Source: Candidatus Poribacteria bacterium (GTDB lineage Bacteria; Poribacteria; WGA-4E; WGA-3G). From it: 64,000 nt of DNA. Positions within the stretch are counted from its first letter, which is position 1. The number at the start of each line of letters is the position of its first letter. The notes under the pieces were generated by a model that searched no databases, was not told the origin of the DNA, and saw only the letters and a list, made by a program, of their open reading frames with translations. The translations under genes and the position numbers were made by a program. This document shows, in pieces, positions 19,101 through 28,553 of the stretch. The DNA is taken from positions 21,934 through 85,933 of the forward strand of contig JAJECK010000096.1 in the NCBI GenBank assembly GCA_022822085.1, written 5' to 3'.

Positions 19101-20153
19101 TTATTGTTTTTTTATTGCAGCTCTTCTCCGACGAATCTGTTGGATCATCCGATTATGTTCATCAAGTGTCTCTGAAAAATGGTGTTTTCCTTTCTCAATA
19201 GCCACAAAATAGAAATAAGATGTTTTTTCTGGTCTTAATGCACCTATAATACTTGTCATTCCAGGATTACCGATTGGTCCGGGTGGTAACCCTTTATGAA
19301 GATAAGTATTATAAGGTGATTCAAATTTCAGGTCTGTTCTCGTTAATAATCGCTTAGGATCCCCTAACGCATAAAGCACTGTAGGGTCTGCTTGAAGCCG
19401 CCAATTATGTTTTAGTCTATTGTGAAATACGCCTGCTATTCGAGGAATCTCTTTCTCAGTACCAGCTTCTCTTTGGATAATCGATGCGAGTGTAATCACT
19501 TGATGACGTGTTAACCCTAATGCTTCTGCCTCATCAGCCAAAGTTTCAGTCCATCTTTTATCAGATTCAGCAAGCATCATCTTAACAACTGTTTCTGCTG
19601 GACTCCCTTTAGCAAATTTGTATGTATTGGGAAAAAGATACCCCTCTGCTGAAATACCTTCCGATAAATATTGTTCCAGTAATTCTTTGGATTTTATAGC
19701 ATTCTGAAAAGCTTCAGTATCACCTAATTCAGATTCCTCCCAGAGTTCAGCAATTGCTTCAGCGGTAAATCCCTCTGGTACAGTAAATGTATTATACTCA
19801 ATCTGCCCCTTTTTCAGTTCATCAAGGATCCGTGTTAGCGACATATCCCGGCTGAGTTGGTAATTACCTGCACGGAGTTGTGTTCCAATACCACGATATC
19901 GAACTACGAGTTTGAATACGAGAGGACTCCGAATCAAATTATTCGTAGCCAAGTGTTTCGCGATCGCTGTTGTGCTACTACCGGGCACAATTGTAATTGC
20001 TACAACCTCCTCTGAGGAAGCGATGGGTGAAATATAGTACGCACCGATTAAAACAGTACAAAAGCAGATGATCCCGAGACAACCAAGTGTATATATTCCT
20101 AACCTGACGACTCGTTTCCGAGTTAAGATGGCAACAATATTGTGTATGAACAT
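19101..20153 (-). CDS. mltG: Endolytic transglycosylase MltG (YceG)
   Basis: N-terminal TM; EGYLFPNTY, LASIIQREA, LQADPTVLY, SPYNTY..GLPPGPIGNPG. Confidence 0.95.
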   Translation of the reverse strand: MFIHNIVAILTRKRVVRLGIYTLGCLGIICFCTVLIGAYYISPIASSEEVVAITIVPGSSTTAIAKHLATNNLIRSPLVFKLVVRYRGIGTQLRAGNYQLSRDMSLTRILDELKKGQIEYNTFTVPEGFTAEAIAELWEESELGDTEAFQNAIKSKELLEQYLSEGISAEGYLFPNTYKFAKGSPAETVVKMMLAESDKRWTETLADEAEALGLTRHQVITLASIIQREAGTEKEIPRIAGVFHNRLKHNWRLQADPTVLYALGDPKRLLTRTDLKFESPYNTYLHKGLPPGPIGNPGMTSIIGALRPEKTSYFYFVAIEKGKHHFSETLDEHNRMIQQIRRRRAAIKKQ

Positions 20154-20228
20154 GGACTGTCTCCGAATCAGGGCAGGATGGGATTAATCTTTTGCGTAAC
20201 AGTTCAACTATATTCTGTAATATAATCA

Positions 20229-20651
20229 TTACTCTTCCACTGAATTGCCGCGTAGATACTCATCAAGGATTATCACAGCCGAAACTTGATCTATTATTTT
20301 CTTTCTATCCTTAGGATTCATTTCCATCCGATCTAAAATTTCCTCAGCTTCAGATGAAGTAAATCTCTCATCTTGGAACTCAACCGGCACCTCAAGTCCT
20401 TCAGACAAACGGGCCCCAAATTTTTGTACCTTTTCTGCTTGTGTGCCAATTGTTCCATCAAGTGAGATGGGTAGTCCTATAACGATACGTTCTACATTAT
20501 GTATAGAAACAAGGTCGCCTATTGCGATAATATCACGCTGTCTGTTTGTCCGAGTTAGTGTACACAATGGATGCGCCCCGCTCCCAAGCACATCACTTAC
20601 TGCAACGCCAATTCTTACGTCACCGATATCTAAACCCAGTAATACAGCCAT
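20229..20651 (-). CDS. ruvX: Holliday junction resolvase-like / pre-16S rRNA nuclease YqgF
   Basis: LGLDIGDVRIGVAVSD, IGLP, QDERFTS, IDQVSAVIIL; start set at ATG 20651 after GGAG. Confidence 0.93.
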   Translation of the reverse strand: MAVLLGLDIGDVRIGVAVSDVLGSGAHPLCTLTRTNRQRDIIAIGDLVSIHNVERIVIGLPISLDGTIGTQAEKVQKFGARLSEGLEVPVEFQDERFTSSEAEEILDRMEMNPKDRKKIIDQVSAVIILDEYLRGNSVEE

Positions 20652-20866
20652 ACTCACTCCTTTATATATTCCTCGGGTACGCTTTGGATTTCTATTACTT
20701 ATAGAAATTTTACACCAAAAACTACCAATCGTCAAGAACAATTCTTCTATGTCTACAGTGATAAAGATGTTGATAAATTATACAGATTCTGTTATAATTT
20801 ATCCACAAAAAAGTCACTATTTCACCAATTAATATCATTTTCAGGACACGAATATAAATAAGATAT

Positions 20867-21742
20867 ATGTCTATACATTCGCTATATTATGGGGATAACC
20901 TCACAATTCTTCAAAATCATGTCTCAGATGAGAGCATCAACCTCATATACATAGATCCCCCCTTCAACACAGGAAAATACCAATTACGTACTGAGATACA
21001 GGTTGAACAGGACGTTGAGGGAGATCGTATCGGTTTTCAAGGAAAAACGTACAAGACACATAAAGGAGAAACAAGACATTACTCAGATAAATTTGAGAGT
21101 TCAAATGTCTATTTGAAGTTTTTACAACCCCGTTTTGAAGAAGCGTATCGGGTGCTGCATCCGTATGGCAGCTTTTTCCTGCATATCGATTATCGGGAAG
21201 TGCATTATTGCAAAATTATGCTTGATGAGATATTTGGACGCGAGTCTTTCATCAATGAAATTATCTGGGCTTATGATTACGGCGGACGATCAAAATCCCG
21301 TTGGCCGACTAAACACGATAATATTTTGTGGTACGCAAAAACACCTAAAAGATATACCTTCAATTATGAGGAGATGGATAGGATACCGTATATGGCACCG
21401 GGTTTAGTAGGTAAAGAGAAGGCTGCACGTGGAAAAACACCTACAGATGTCTGGTGGCATACAATTGTCAGCACCAACGGTCAGGAGAAAACGGGTTACC
21501 CAACCCAGAAACCACTCGGAATTCTAAACCGTATTGTCAAAGTCCATTCTTCTCCGGGTGATACGTTACTGGATTTTTTTGCTGGAAGTGGAACATTCGG
21601 TGAAGCTGCTGCATTACACAACCGTTCCTCAATCCTAATTGATAACAATATCCCGGCAATCCATAGTATCATGTCAAGGTTAGCAATCTTTGGTATTGAA
21701 CTGGTAAACGCAAATTATGAGACTTTAGCATCAAATCCGTAA
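20867..21742 (+). CDS. Orphan N6-adenine/N4-cytosine DNA methyltransferase (beta class)
   Basis: IYIDPPFNTG motif IV before YPTQKP and LDFFAGSGT motif I; no adjacent endonuclease. Confidence 0.9.
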   Translation: MSIHSLYYGDNLTILQNHVSDESINLIYIDPPFNTGKYQLRTEIQVEQDVEGDRIGFQGKTYKTHKGETRHYSDKFESSNVYLKFLQPRFEEAYRVLHPYGSFFLHIDYREVHYCKIMLDEIFGRESFINEIIWAYDYGGRSKSRWPTKHDNILWYAKTPKRYTFNYEEMDRIPYMAPGLVGKEKAARGKTPTDVWWHTIVSTNGQEKTGYPTQKPLGILNRIVKVHSSPGDTLLDFFAGSGTFGEAAALHNRSSILIDNNIPAIHSIMSRLAIFGIELVNANYETLASNP

Positions 21743-21943
21743 CTAATGCCTTTGTTTTTTCGGTGTCAACGGTATTCAAATTAAAATAGGAGTTTCAACA
21801 GTTAGATACAGTATTCTATCAGACATTTTCCTATCCTCTCAGGTGTATATGTCTCTATTTAACATTATATCTGTCAAAGAGTTTTAATAGGTCCAGGAAA
21901 ATGTTGATAATTCAAGCGTGTATACAAACGGAGACATATACTG

Positions 21944-22615
21944 ATGAAAAAATTAAGACAATTATCAGAACAAATTATGGGAAATATCAACCAATTCATA
22001 GAAGATGCAGAAACTAACAATTCCTCTATTGATACAACTGTTGAAGTTATGAAAAAGCAGATTCAAAATGCCAAAAAAATTGTTGCCACTGCAATTGCTG
22101 ACGAACAGAAACTCAAACGCGCTTATAGAGAAGCGATTGATGCAGCAAATAGGTGTGAGCATAGGATGAATACTTTACTACAGAATAATAACGAGCAACA
22201 GGCAAGCGAAGTCCGTCAACAAGGAAAAAAGTATCAAGAACTTGCCCACGACTTAGAACAACGGATTCACGCACAAGAGTCATTTATTACAGACCTAAAA
22301 ACCGATCTCTCAGAAATATATGAGCAATTCAGAGGCACATCGAGCCGTGCAGAATCGTTAGCACATCAGCAAAAGCAGACAAAAATACGCGCAGAATTCC
22401 ATAAGTTGTTAGCTGAATTTGAACTAATTGATGCAAACGCTACATTGACTGAGGCAGAACAGCAGTTACAACAGGCTGAAGCAAAAGCAAGAATGTGGGA
22501 AGATAAACGACAACAGAAGGACATCCCAAAAGGGACAATTGAAACTGATTTCAATATAGACGAAGCATTAGCTGATCTCAAAAGGGAAATTCTTGGCAGT
22601 AGTCAAAATGATTGA
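21944..22615 (+). CDS. PspA/IM30 family coiled-coil protein
   Basis: NINQFIEDAE, VATAIADEQKLKR, long coiled coil, IDEALADLKRE C-terminus. Confidence 0.75.
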   Translation: MKKLRQLSEQIMGNINQFIEDAETNNSSIDTTVEVMKKQIQNAKKIVATAIADEQKLKRAYREAIDAANRCEHRMNTLLQNNNEQQASEVRQQGKKYQELAHDLEQRIHAQESFITDLKTDLSEIYEQFRGTSSRAESLAHQQKQTKIRAEFHKLLAEFELIDANATLTEAEQQLQQAEAKARMWEDKRQQKDIPKGTIETDFNIDEALADLKREILGSSQND

Positions 22616-23363
22616 AACTTACAATCTTACCAAATATTTTGGCAATTTGTGCGCTGTAGATTCACTCATGCTGCAAGTAGACTCTGGTGAAATATTTGGG
22701 TTTCTCGGCCCCAACGGTGCTGGGAAGACGACTACAATTAATATGTTGACAGGTCTAATTCGACCTTCTTCTGGAACTGCGACGCTTGCAGGATACGATA
22801 TACAAGAGCAAAGTTTACAAGCAAAGGCAATTCTCGGTTTGATGCCCGATACACCCCATCTATATGAGGCGTTAAGTGGACGCCAGTTTGTTCGAATGAT
22901 AGCAGATTTATATGAAGTGCCACCGCAACAAGCTGAAAATGAGATGGTGGAATTGCTTGAACAACTTGAATTGGATGACGCTGCTGATGATCAAATTAAG
23001 GGGTATTCCTACGGCATGCAGAAGAAAATATTGCTTATCTCTGTCCTCATACACCACCCCCAAATACTCTTCCTTGATGAACCTACAAGTGGATTAGACC
23101 CCAGAAGTGCACGCACAGTCAGAGAAATATTACGCCAACGTTGTGAACAGGGATGTACCGTCTTTATGACAACACATATTCTTGAAATTGCTGAACGAAT
23201 ATGTGACAGAGTTGGAATTATCAGTAAGGGAAAATTAATCGCTGTCGGAACACTCGCTGAACTCCAGCAAAGAAAACAAGCATTTTCTACACAACCTCTC
23301 ACTAATACCGATAAGGTCGAGACATTAGAAGATATATTCCTCGATCTCACCGCAGATGCATAA
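22608..23363 (+). CDS. ABC transporter ATP-binding protein
   Basis: GPNGAGKTT, YSYGMQKK signature, LFLDEPTSGLD, H-loop. Confidence 0.95.
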   Translation: MIETYNLTKYFGNLCAVDSLMLQVDSGEIFGFLGPNGAGKTTTINMLTGLIRPSSGTATLAGYDIQEQSLQAKAILGLMPDTPHLYEALSGRQFVRMIADLYEVPPQQAENEMVELLEQLELDDAADDQIKGYSYGMQKKILLISVLIHHPQILFLDEPTSGLDPRSARTVREILRQRCEQGCTVFMTTHILEIAERICDRVGIISKGKLIAVGTLAELQQRKQAFSTQPLTNTDKVETLEDIFLDLTADA

Positions 23364-23375
23364 AGGTTACGAATA

Positions 23376-23507
23376 CAGGACTTACGCGTTCCCCCTTGAT
23401 AAGGGGGGTAGGGGGGTAAATGGTGCGATATTTCAGTGTTTTTAGTCTTTTTAACCCCCTAAATCCTCTTTATCAAGGGGACTTTAAGAGAAAATGCGTA
23501 AGTCCTG
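23376..23507. mobile_element. MITE family B with 5-bp target-site duplication GAATA
   Basis: TIR CAGGACTTACGC / GCGTAAGTCCTG; GAATA on both sides; internal CCCCCTTGATAAGGGGG palindromes. Confidence 0.9.
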
Positions 23508-23530
23508 GAATAGTTTAACTCCAATACCTC

Positions 23531-25171
23531 ATGTTTAGACATATAACGATTCTTCTCAAAGCAGATTGCAACGCGTGGTGGAACAGCCTTAAACACGATA
23601 AACAAGCATGGCGAAAGAATATCTTTAAGGTAATCGGTTACCTTATCTTCATTGCATCGTTGTCCGTATTAGGTTGGACTCTTTTCTCACATTTACGTAA
23701 AATTGATGCGTCATCTCAACTCATTTTTAGTGTGATTAACGGATTTATGTTGTTCGGTATAATTATCGTTGCAAAGGAGTTGATGGAAAGTTCTTTGAAA
23801 ATACTGTATGAAGCAACTGATACCCAAATGTTATACACCGCGCCAATTCGACCTGTAACTATCTTCGGATATAAGTTCATTCATATAACTGTCTCACGCC
23901 TAATGAGTATGCTCTGTTTCTTAGGTCCACCTTGGGTCGTTTTCGGTTTGGCATATCAATTACCTTGGCATTATTATGCTGTGTTATTACCTATATCTGT
24001 CTGTCTACTCGTCCTAATCGCCAGCTATGTCACCATCAGCATGATGGTAATTGCGCGCTTCTTCTCGTCATCAGTCCTTCTTACAACATTGAAGACTCTC
24101 GGAACTGTTATGGGGGTGATGGTTGGTTTTTTTCTTTCCTTCATGTTGTTTGCTGGGGCTGATGCATTCCCAGTGAAGAAATATATACTTAATTTGACTT
24201 CAACTGGGACATCTGGGACAACCGCTGCTTGGTATCCACATGAATGGATAGGACAACTCTTAGTAAGTTGGGGAAATGAAACTACAATAGGGACGCGATT
24301 GAAATGGGGACTTGGTGGGTTCTCGATTAGTATTATCTCTATTGGATTAGCATTTCTCTCTGCACAATGGATGTACAAAGGTGGATGGGAAAATATACGC
24401 CAATTAAAAACTAAACGTAAACCAGTACGTAAGAACGGTCCTACTGCTACTTCACATATAAATGGTTTTGCATTATTATTAGGACGTGGCAAGATACAAT
24501 CCTTAATGTTGAAAGACTTTCTTATCTTCATAAGACATACTGGACGGGTGGTCGCTATCATAATGTTAACCTGCTTTTTGGTTATCCATATCAGTGTCCT
24601 ATTTTTGGGTAGAGCGGGACCTGATGAATATACAACTGAAATCCTCACAGTTCAAATTCTTATCTATAGTTCCCTTATTACATTTGGTATTAGCTGCAAC
24701 GGTCTTAGGGATGAAGCAAAAACCTGGTGGATGATGAAATCTGCCCCGGTCAAACCGAGATTACTATACAACAGTAAATTCCTGGTCGCACTTTTCTGTG
24801 CATTGCTATATGCAGAATTTTGGTCCATACTTACAGTCCTTTTGCTACGAATTCACATTGATAAGTGGGTTCTTATGTTGATGACACCGATCATAACGCT
24901 TCCAACAGCATGTGCATTGAATACGACAATCGGCACTTTACCTTGGATGGCAGAACTAACACATCAACCCAAACCAATTTTAAGAGTCTTAACTTTTACA
25001 GTAACACTGTTTTTTGATGTAGCGATCATTATAGCACCGATAGTAGCATGGCATTCACAGAATATTCTGATATTCTTAATTTCCATAATATTCCTTGCTA
25101 CTATGTTTGTGATGTTATATAGTTTTGGAGTAGGAAATCTTCGTAGGTTGTTAGTTCCACAGCAGTCATAA
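23531..25171 (+). CDS. Putative ABC exporter permease (multi-TM)
   Basis: 546 aa, two hydrophobic halves, LYTAPIRP and MMKSAPVKP..KF motifs; follows the ABC ATPase. Confidence 0.8.
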   Translation: MFRHITILLKADCNAWWNSLKHDKQAWRKNIFKVIGYLIFIASLSVLGWTLFSHLRKIDASSQLIFSVINGFMLFGIIIVAKELMESSLKILYEATDTQMLYTAPIRPVTIFGYKFIHITVSRLMSMLCFLGPPWVVFGLAYQLPWHYYAVLLPISVCLLVLIASYVTISMMVIARFFSSSVLLTTLKTLGTVMGVMVGFFLSFMLFAGADAFPVKKYILNLTSTGTSGTTAAWYPHEWIGQLLVSWGNETTIGTRLKWGLGGFSISIISIGLAFLSAQWMYKGGWENIRQLKTKRKPVRKNGPTATSHINGFALLLGRGKIQSLMLKDFLIFIRHTGRVVAIIMLTCFLVIHISVLFLGRAGPDEYTTEILTVQILIYSSLITFGISCNGLRDEAKTWWMMKSAPVKPRLLYNSKFLVALFCALLYAEFWSILTVLLLRIHIDKWVLMLMTPIITLPTACALNTTIGTLPWMAELTHQPKPILRVLTFTVTLFFDVAIIIAPIVAWHSQNILIFLISIIFLATMFVMLYSFGVGNLRRLLVPQQS

Positions 25172-25189
25172 TCTGATAATTATAATTTA

Positions 25190-25322
25190 CAGGACTTACG
25201 CATTTTCTCTTAAAGTCCCCTTGATAAGGGGGATTTAGGAGGTTAAAAAGACTAAAAACACTGAAATATCGCACCATTTACCCCCCTAACCCCCCTTATC
25301 AAGGGGGAATGCGTAAGTCCTG
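25190..25322. mobile_element. MITE family B (inverted copy) with TSD ATTTA
   Basis: Same TIRs; near-reverse complement of 23376-23507; ATTTA on both sides. Confidence 0.9.
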
Positions 25323-25349
25323 ATTTACAAACAAAATGGAGAAAGGAAA

Positions 25350-25865
25350 ATGTTGATAGAATATGAAGGAATAACACCAAACGTCCATTCATCGGTCTTC
25401 GTGGCACCCGGTGCAATGCTCATCGGTGATGTAAAAATTGGAGAAGAATCAAGTATCTGGTTCAACTGTGTGTTACGAGGAGACTTAGAACCGATACATA
25501 TCGGGTGTCGGACCAATATACAAGACGGTACAGTAATACACATGGATAAAGATATACCATGCCTGATTGGCGATGATGTTACTGTTGGACACGGGGCAAT
25601 TCTCCATAGCTGCGCTATTGATAACGAAGCACTCATCGGAATGGGAGCCATTCTATTAACAGGATGTAAAATCGGAGAACGTGCAATCGTTGCAGCAGGA
25701 ACACTTGTACGTGAAGGGCAAGAAATTCCGTCTGGAACAATAGCAATGGGTGTACCAGCAGTAGTTAAACGGGAAGCAACAGAAGAAGAATTTGAACGTG
25801 TTCGAAACGGAAAAGACGATTACGTCTACCGTGGGAAAATAATGCAAGAAAGTTTAAATACATAA
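25350..25865 (+). CDS. Gamma carbonic anhydrase family (YrdA-like) protein
   Basis: IGDVKIG..SSIWFNCVLRGD, NIQDG.VIH, VTVGHGAILHSC. Confidence 0.92.
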   Translation: MLIEYEGITPNVHSSVFVAPGAMLIGDVKIGEESSIWFNCVLRGDLEPIHIGCRTNIQDGTVIHMDKDIPCLIGDDVTVGHGAILHSCAIDNEALIGMGAILLTGCKIGERAIVAAGTLVREGQEIPSGTIAMGVPAVVKREATEEEFERVRNGKDDYVYRGKIMQESLNT

Positions 25866-25868
25866 TAT

Positions 25869-26173
25869 AACTCAAGTTGCCACCTATGTAGCACAAACTT
25901 CATGAAGATTAAGAAAATAAATCGGTCCTTTGGCGAGGTTAGGAAGAAATCAACGGTATGAATGCCATTTAGGCATTCCCCGCCTCGCCAGCGGAGGAGC
26001 GAAACCTGCCTCGTACGGATAAAAATTACCGAATTAATATATTAATCTTCATCCAGTTTGTGTCATAAGAGCGCAAACTGGAAGTCCACGCTACAAAATA
26101 TCGGCTAATTATCAGCATTTTTATTAAAGACGGTGTTGCCCTGTCTAAAAACTTAGAGGTAGCAACTTGAGTT
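25869..26173. mobile_element. Nested MITE (family A, copy 2)
   Basis: TIR AACTCAAGTTGC / GCAACTTGAGTT; outer shell is the reverse complement of 18800-19068; inner module 25902-26052. Confidence 0.85.
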
Positions 26174-26207
26174 ATAGTGAATTTTACAATTAACTTTACA
26201 TCTGAAT

Positions 26208-26271
26208 TGTAGGAGGGAACTCCGATTCCCGACTATTAGTGGTTTCGTCGCGATTCGGAGATCGCTCCTAC
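26208..26271. repeat. REP/REPIN-like inverted doublet
   Basis: TGTAGGAGGGAACTCCGATTCCCGAC ... GTCGCGATTCGGAGATCGCTCCTACA long imperfect palindrome. Confidence 0.6.
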
Positions 26272-26459
26272 AGAATATATGTGAACTTATTTACAAAATT
26301 TACTATAATATAACTGAGTTGGGAAAAATAAGATGTTGGACTTCTTGTCCGGATGAGGTCGCCTCGCCAGTCCGGATTAGGAAACCTGAAGATAATTTGC
26401 CTTATGTTTAGAATTTGCCATATAAAAAACTTACGTTGGGATAGAATGGAAATTAACAC

Positions 26460-26887
26460 ATGAAAACCAGATATCTGCTTTTATTACAGTGCTATTGACA
26501 ATAGTAATACTCCCAACCAGTTTTGCGCAAGACAATACACAGGTAGGCTTACCTGAAGGGGCAATAGCATTATGGAGCGTAACACCCACAGGTGTTCAAG
26601 AACGTGGTAGAATTACGAATAAACATCGAGGTTTTAGTAGTGTGCTAATATTTTCACCTGATGGCAAAATCCTGCTTGACACAAGAGGGTCTGGAATTGA
26701 GTTTTGGGATACAAATGGTAACGATTTGGGAACCCTATCTGGACATACGGAGTCAATCACCGCTTTGGTGTTTTCACATGATGGTAAGACGCTTGCAAGT
26801 GGAAGCGATGATGGTACGTTGCTGCTATGGGATTGGGAAAGGATCTCCGCCAAGAGTAAGCCGAACAAGATTAGCGTTCAAAACTAA
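26460..26887 (+). pseudogene. Internally deleted, frameshifted WD40-repeat gene
   Basis: ATG 26460 is out of frame with the signal peptide; QDNTQVGLPEGAIA joins directly to the last ~2 WD40 repeats. Confidence 0.7.
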
Positions 26888-27181
26888 AGGGAAAATTGAC
26901 AAAGTGGAGAAAGAAGATTATTTATTACGTGAGTTTGATAAATCAGATTATTGGACTCGGTGTGGTTAGGAAACCGAACCTACCGGGTCTATTAGAGTAA
27001 TATTTCGGAAAAATGAAGTTCATAATAATATTACAAATATTGACTCCCAATAGTCTGTAAATTGTTTAAACTATAATAAAAACATAGAATATTACTACAT
27101 CCAAAAATTCTTAAGTTTTTAGATTTAATGCGTTTATAGTCTCGCGATTTATTGCGACAATTACATTAACAAGGAGAAATT

Positions 27182-28222
27182 ATGGCAAAACATAGATGTT
27201 TAATGGTTGGTGGCAGTGGTATGGCTGGCGGTTGGATACACAACTTCCGAAATAATTTCAGTGACCGCGTTGAGATTGTCGGTTTAGCTGATGTAAAACC
27301 TGATGTTCTAAAAAATCAGGGAGAGGCGTTAGGACTGAGTTCTTCGCAGCTTTTCACTGATTTCAATGAAGCATGTGCATCTGTTAAGGCAGATTTTTGT
27401 GGCGTTGCAACCCCACCGCCATTTCATAGTCCAGCAGCTGTCGCAGCGATGGAAAACGGTATGCCTGTAATCTGCGAAAAACCGATTGCAGATACATTAG
27501 ATGCAGCAAAAGCGATGGTACGCACTTCACAGAAAACGGGTTTGCCCTGCGCAATTATTCAAAATTACCGCTACGCAAACAATAAACAGGAATTGGTGCG
27601 AATCCGAGAGGAGGGTAGATTGGGAAGACTCCAACACATTGTCGGCAGATACGCTTGTGACTATCGCCGCTACCTGTCCTGGGGTGTTGACTGGCGGCAT
27701 GATATGGATTTTAGTTTGCTCTTTGAGGCATCTGTGCATCACCTTGATATGCTTCGGTTTCTTTCCGGTGGCGATTGTAAAACACTGGTAGGTTTCGGTT
27801 GGAATCCAGAATGGTCAAGTTTTAAACACTTCTCAAGTGGATACTATCTGATGCGTATGGATAATGGCGTACACACCTCTTATGAAGGTAACAGTACCGC
27901 AGCAGGTATCATCAATTGCTGGAATGGTGAACACTACCGTGCAGAATTTGAGGAAGGAACGGTTGAAATCGGTGGTGGCAACCAGATGACTATCCATCGT
28001 GTTGGTGGTGAAACAGAGGTATATGAAGCTCCTGGGATCAGTCACTATGCCCATCACTACCTTTTTAACGAGTTCTTGGATTGGCTTGACGGTGGTGAAC
28101 CTTCTGCAACGCGGATTGAAGACAATATCAAAAGTTTCGTTCTCGTCATCGCTGCGATGGAAACAACGGAAGATGGTCAACCCAAACATATCGCCGATTA
28201 TCTGAGTGATTTGGATTTGTAG
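27182..28222 (+). CDS. Gfo/Idh/MocA family oxidoreductase
   Basis: VGGSGMA, ATPPPFH, ICEKPIA, SVHHLDMLRF. Confidence 0.92.
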   Translation: MAKHRCLMVGGSGMAGGWIHNFRNNFSDRVEIVGLADVKPDVLKNQGEALGLSSSQLFTDFNEACASVKADFCGVATPPPFHSPAAVAAMENGMPVICEKPIADTLDAAKAMVRTSQKTGLPCAIIQNYRYANNKQELVRIREEGRLGRLQHIVGRYACDYRRYLSWGVDWRHDMDFSLLFEASVHHLDMLRFLSGGDCKTLVGFGWNPEWSSFKHFSSGYYLMRMDNGVHTSYEGNSTAAGIINCWNGEHYRAEFEEGTVEIGGGNQMTIHRVGGETEVYEAPGISHYAHHYLFNEFLDWLDGGEPSATRIEDNIKSFVLVIAAMETTEDGQPKHIADYLSDLDL

Positions 28223-28225
28223 ATT

Positions 28226-28525
28226 ATGTTCAACTCAAACCCAGAGATTCCAGTTGTGCTTGACGATATACCTGAAGACGAACAACATGCATTATTGGAA
28301 AAGCTTGCGCAATGGATCGTCCGCAGAAACCTGACGACACCTGCTATACTATTTCTTGAGACTGGGAAACCACTCAACTTTTTGGGATCACAATTATTGA
28401 TTGCGTTCAGTCCATTTGTGCAAGCATTTTTCAAAGGAGAACAGTATCATAAATTAGCACTCATACTGGAAAAAGATGAAAACGTTGAATTACTTTTACA
28501 ATTGATAGAGCAATCCGAAGGATGA
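28226..28525 (+). CDS. Conserved-looking hypothetical protein
   Basis: 99 aa ORF inside the operon; LTTPAILFLETGKPLNFLGSQ. Confidence 0.7.
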   Translation: MFNSNPEIPVVLDDIPEDEQHALLEKLAQWIVRRNLTTPAILFLETGKPLNFLGSQLLIAFSPFVQAFFKGEQYHKLALILEKDENVELLLQLIEQSEG

Positions 28526-28553
28526 TACATGACAAGAAGATAGGAGATATTTG

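Noticed and set aside
20652-20741. N-terminal extension of ruvX in the ORF track
   Set aside because: The family domain begins at MAVLLGLD with a good RBS; the extension is not domain-like.
24025-24648. Long antisense ORFs (e.g. 207 aa here; also 53314-53859 and 56149-56631)
   Set aside because: Shadows of well-supported genes on the opposite strand.
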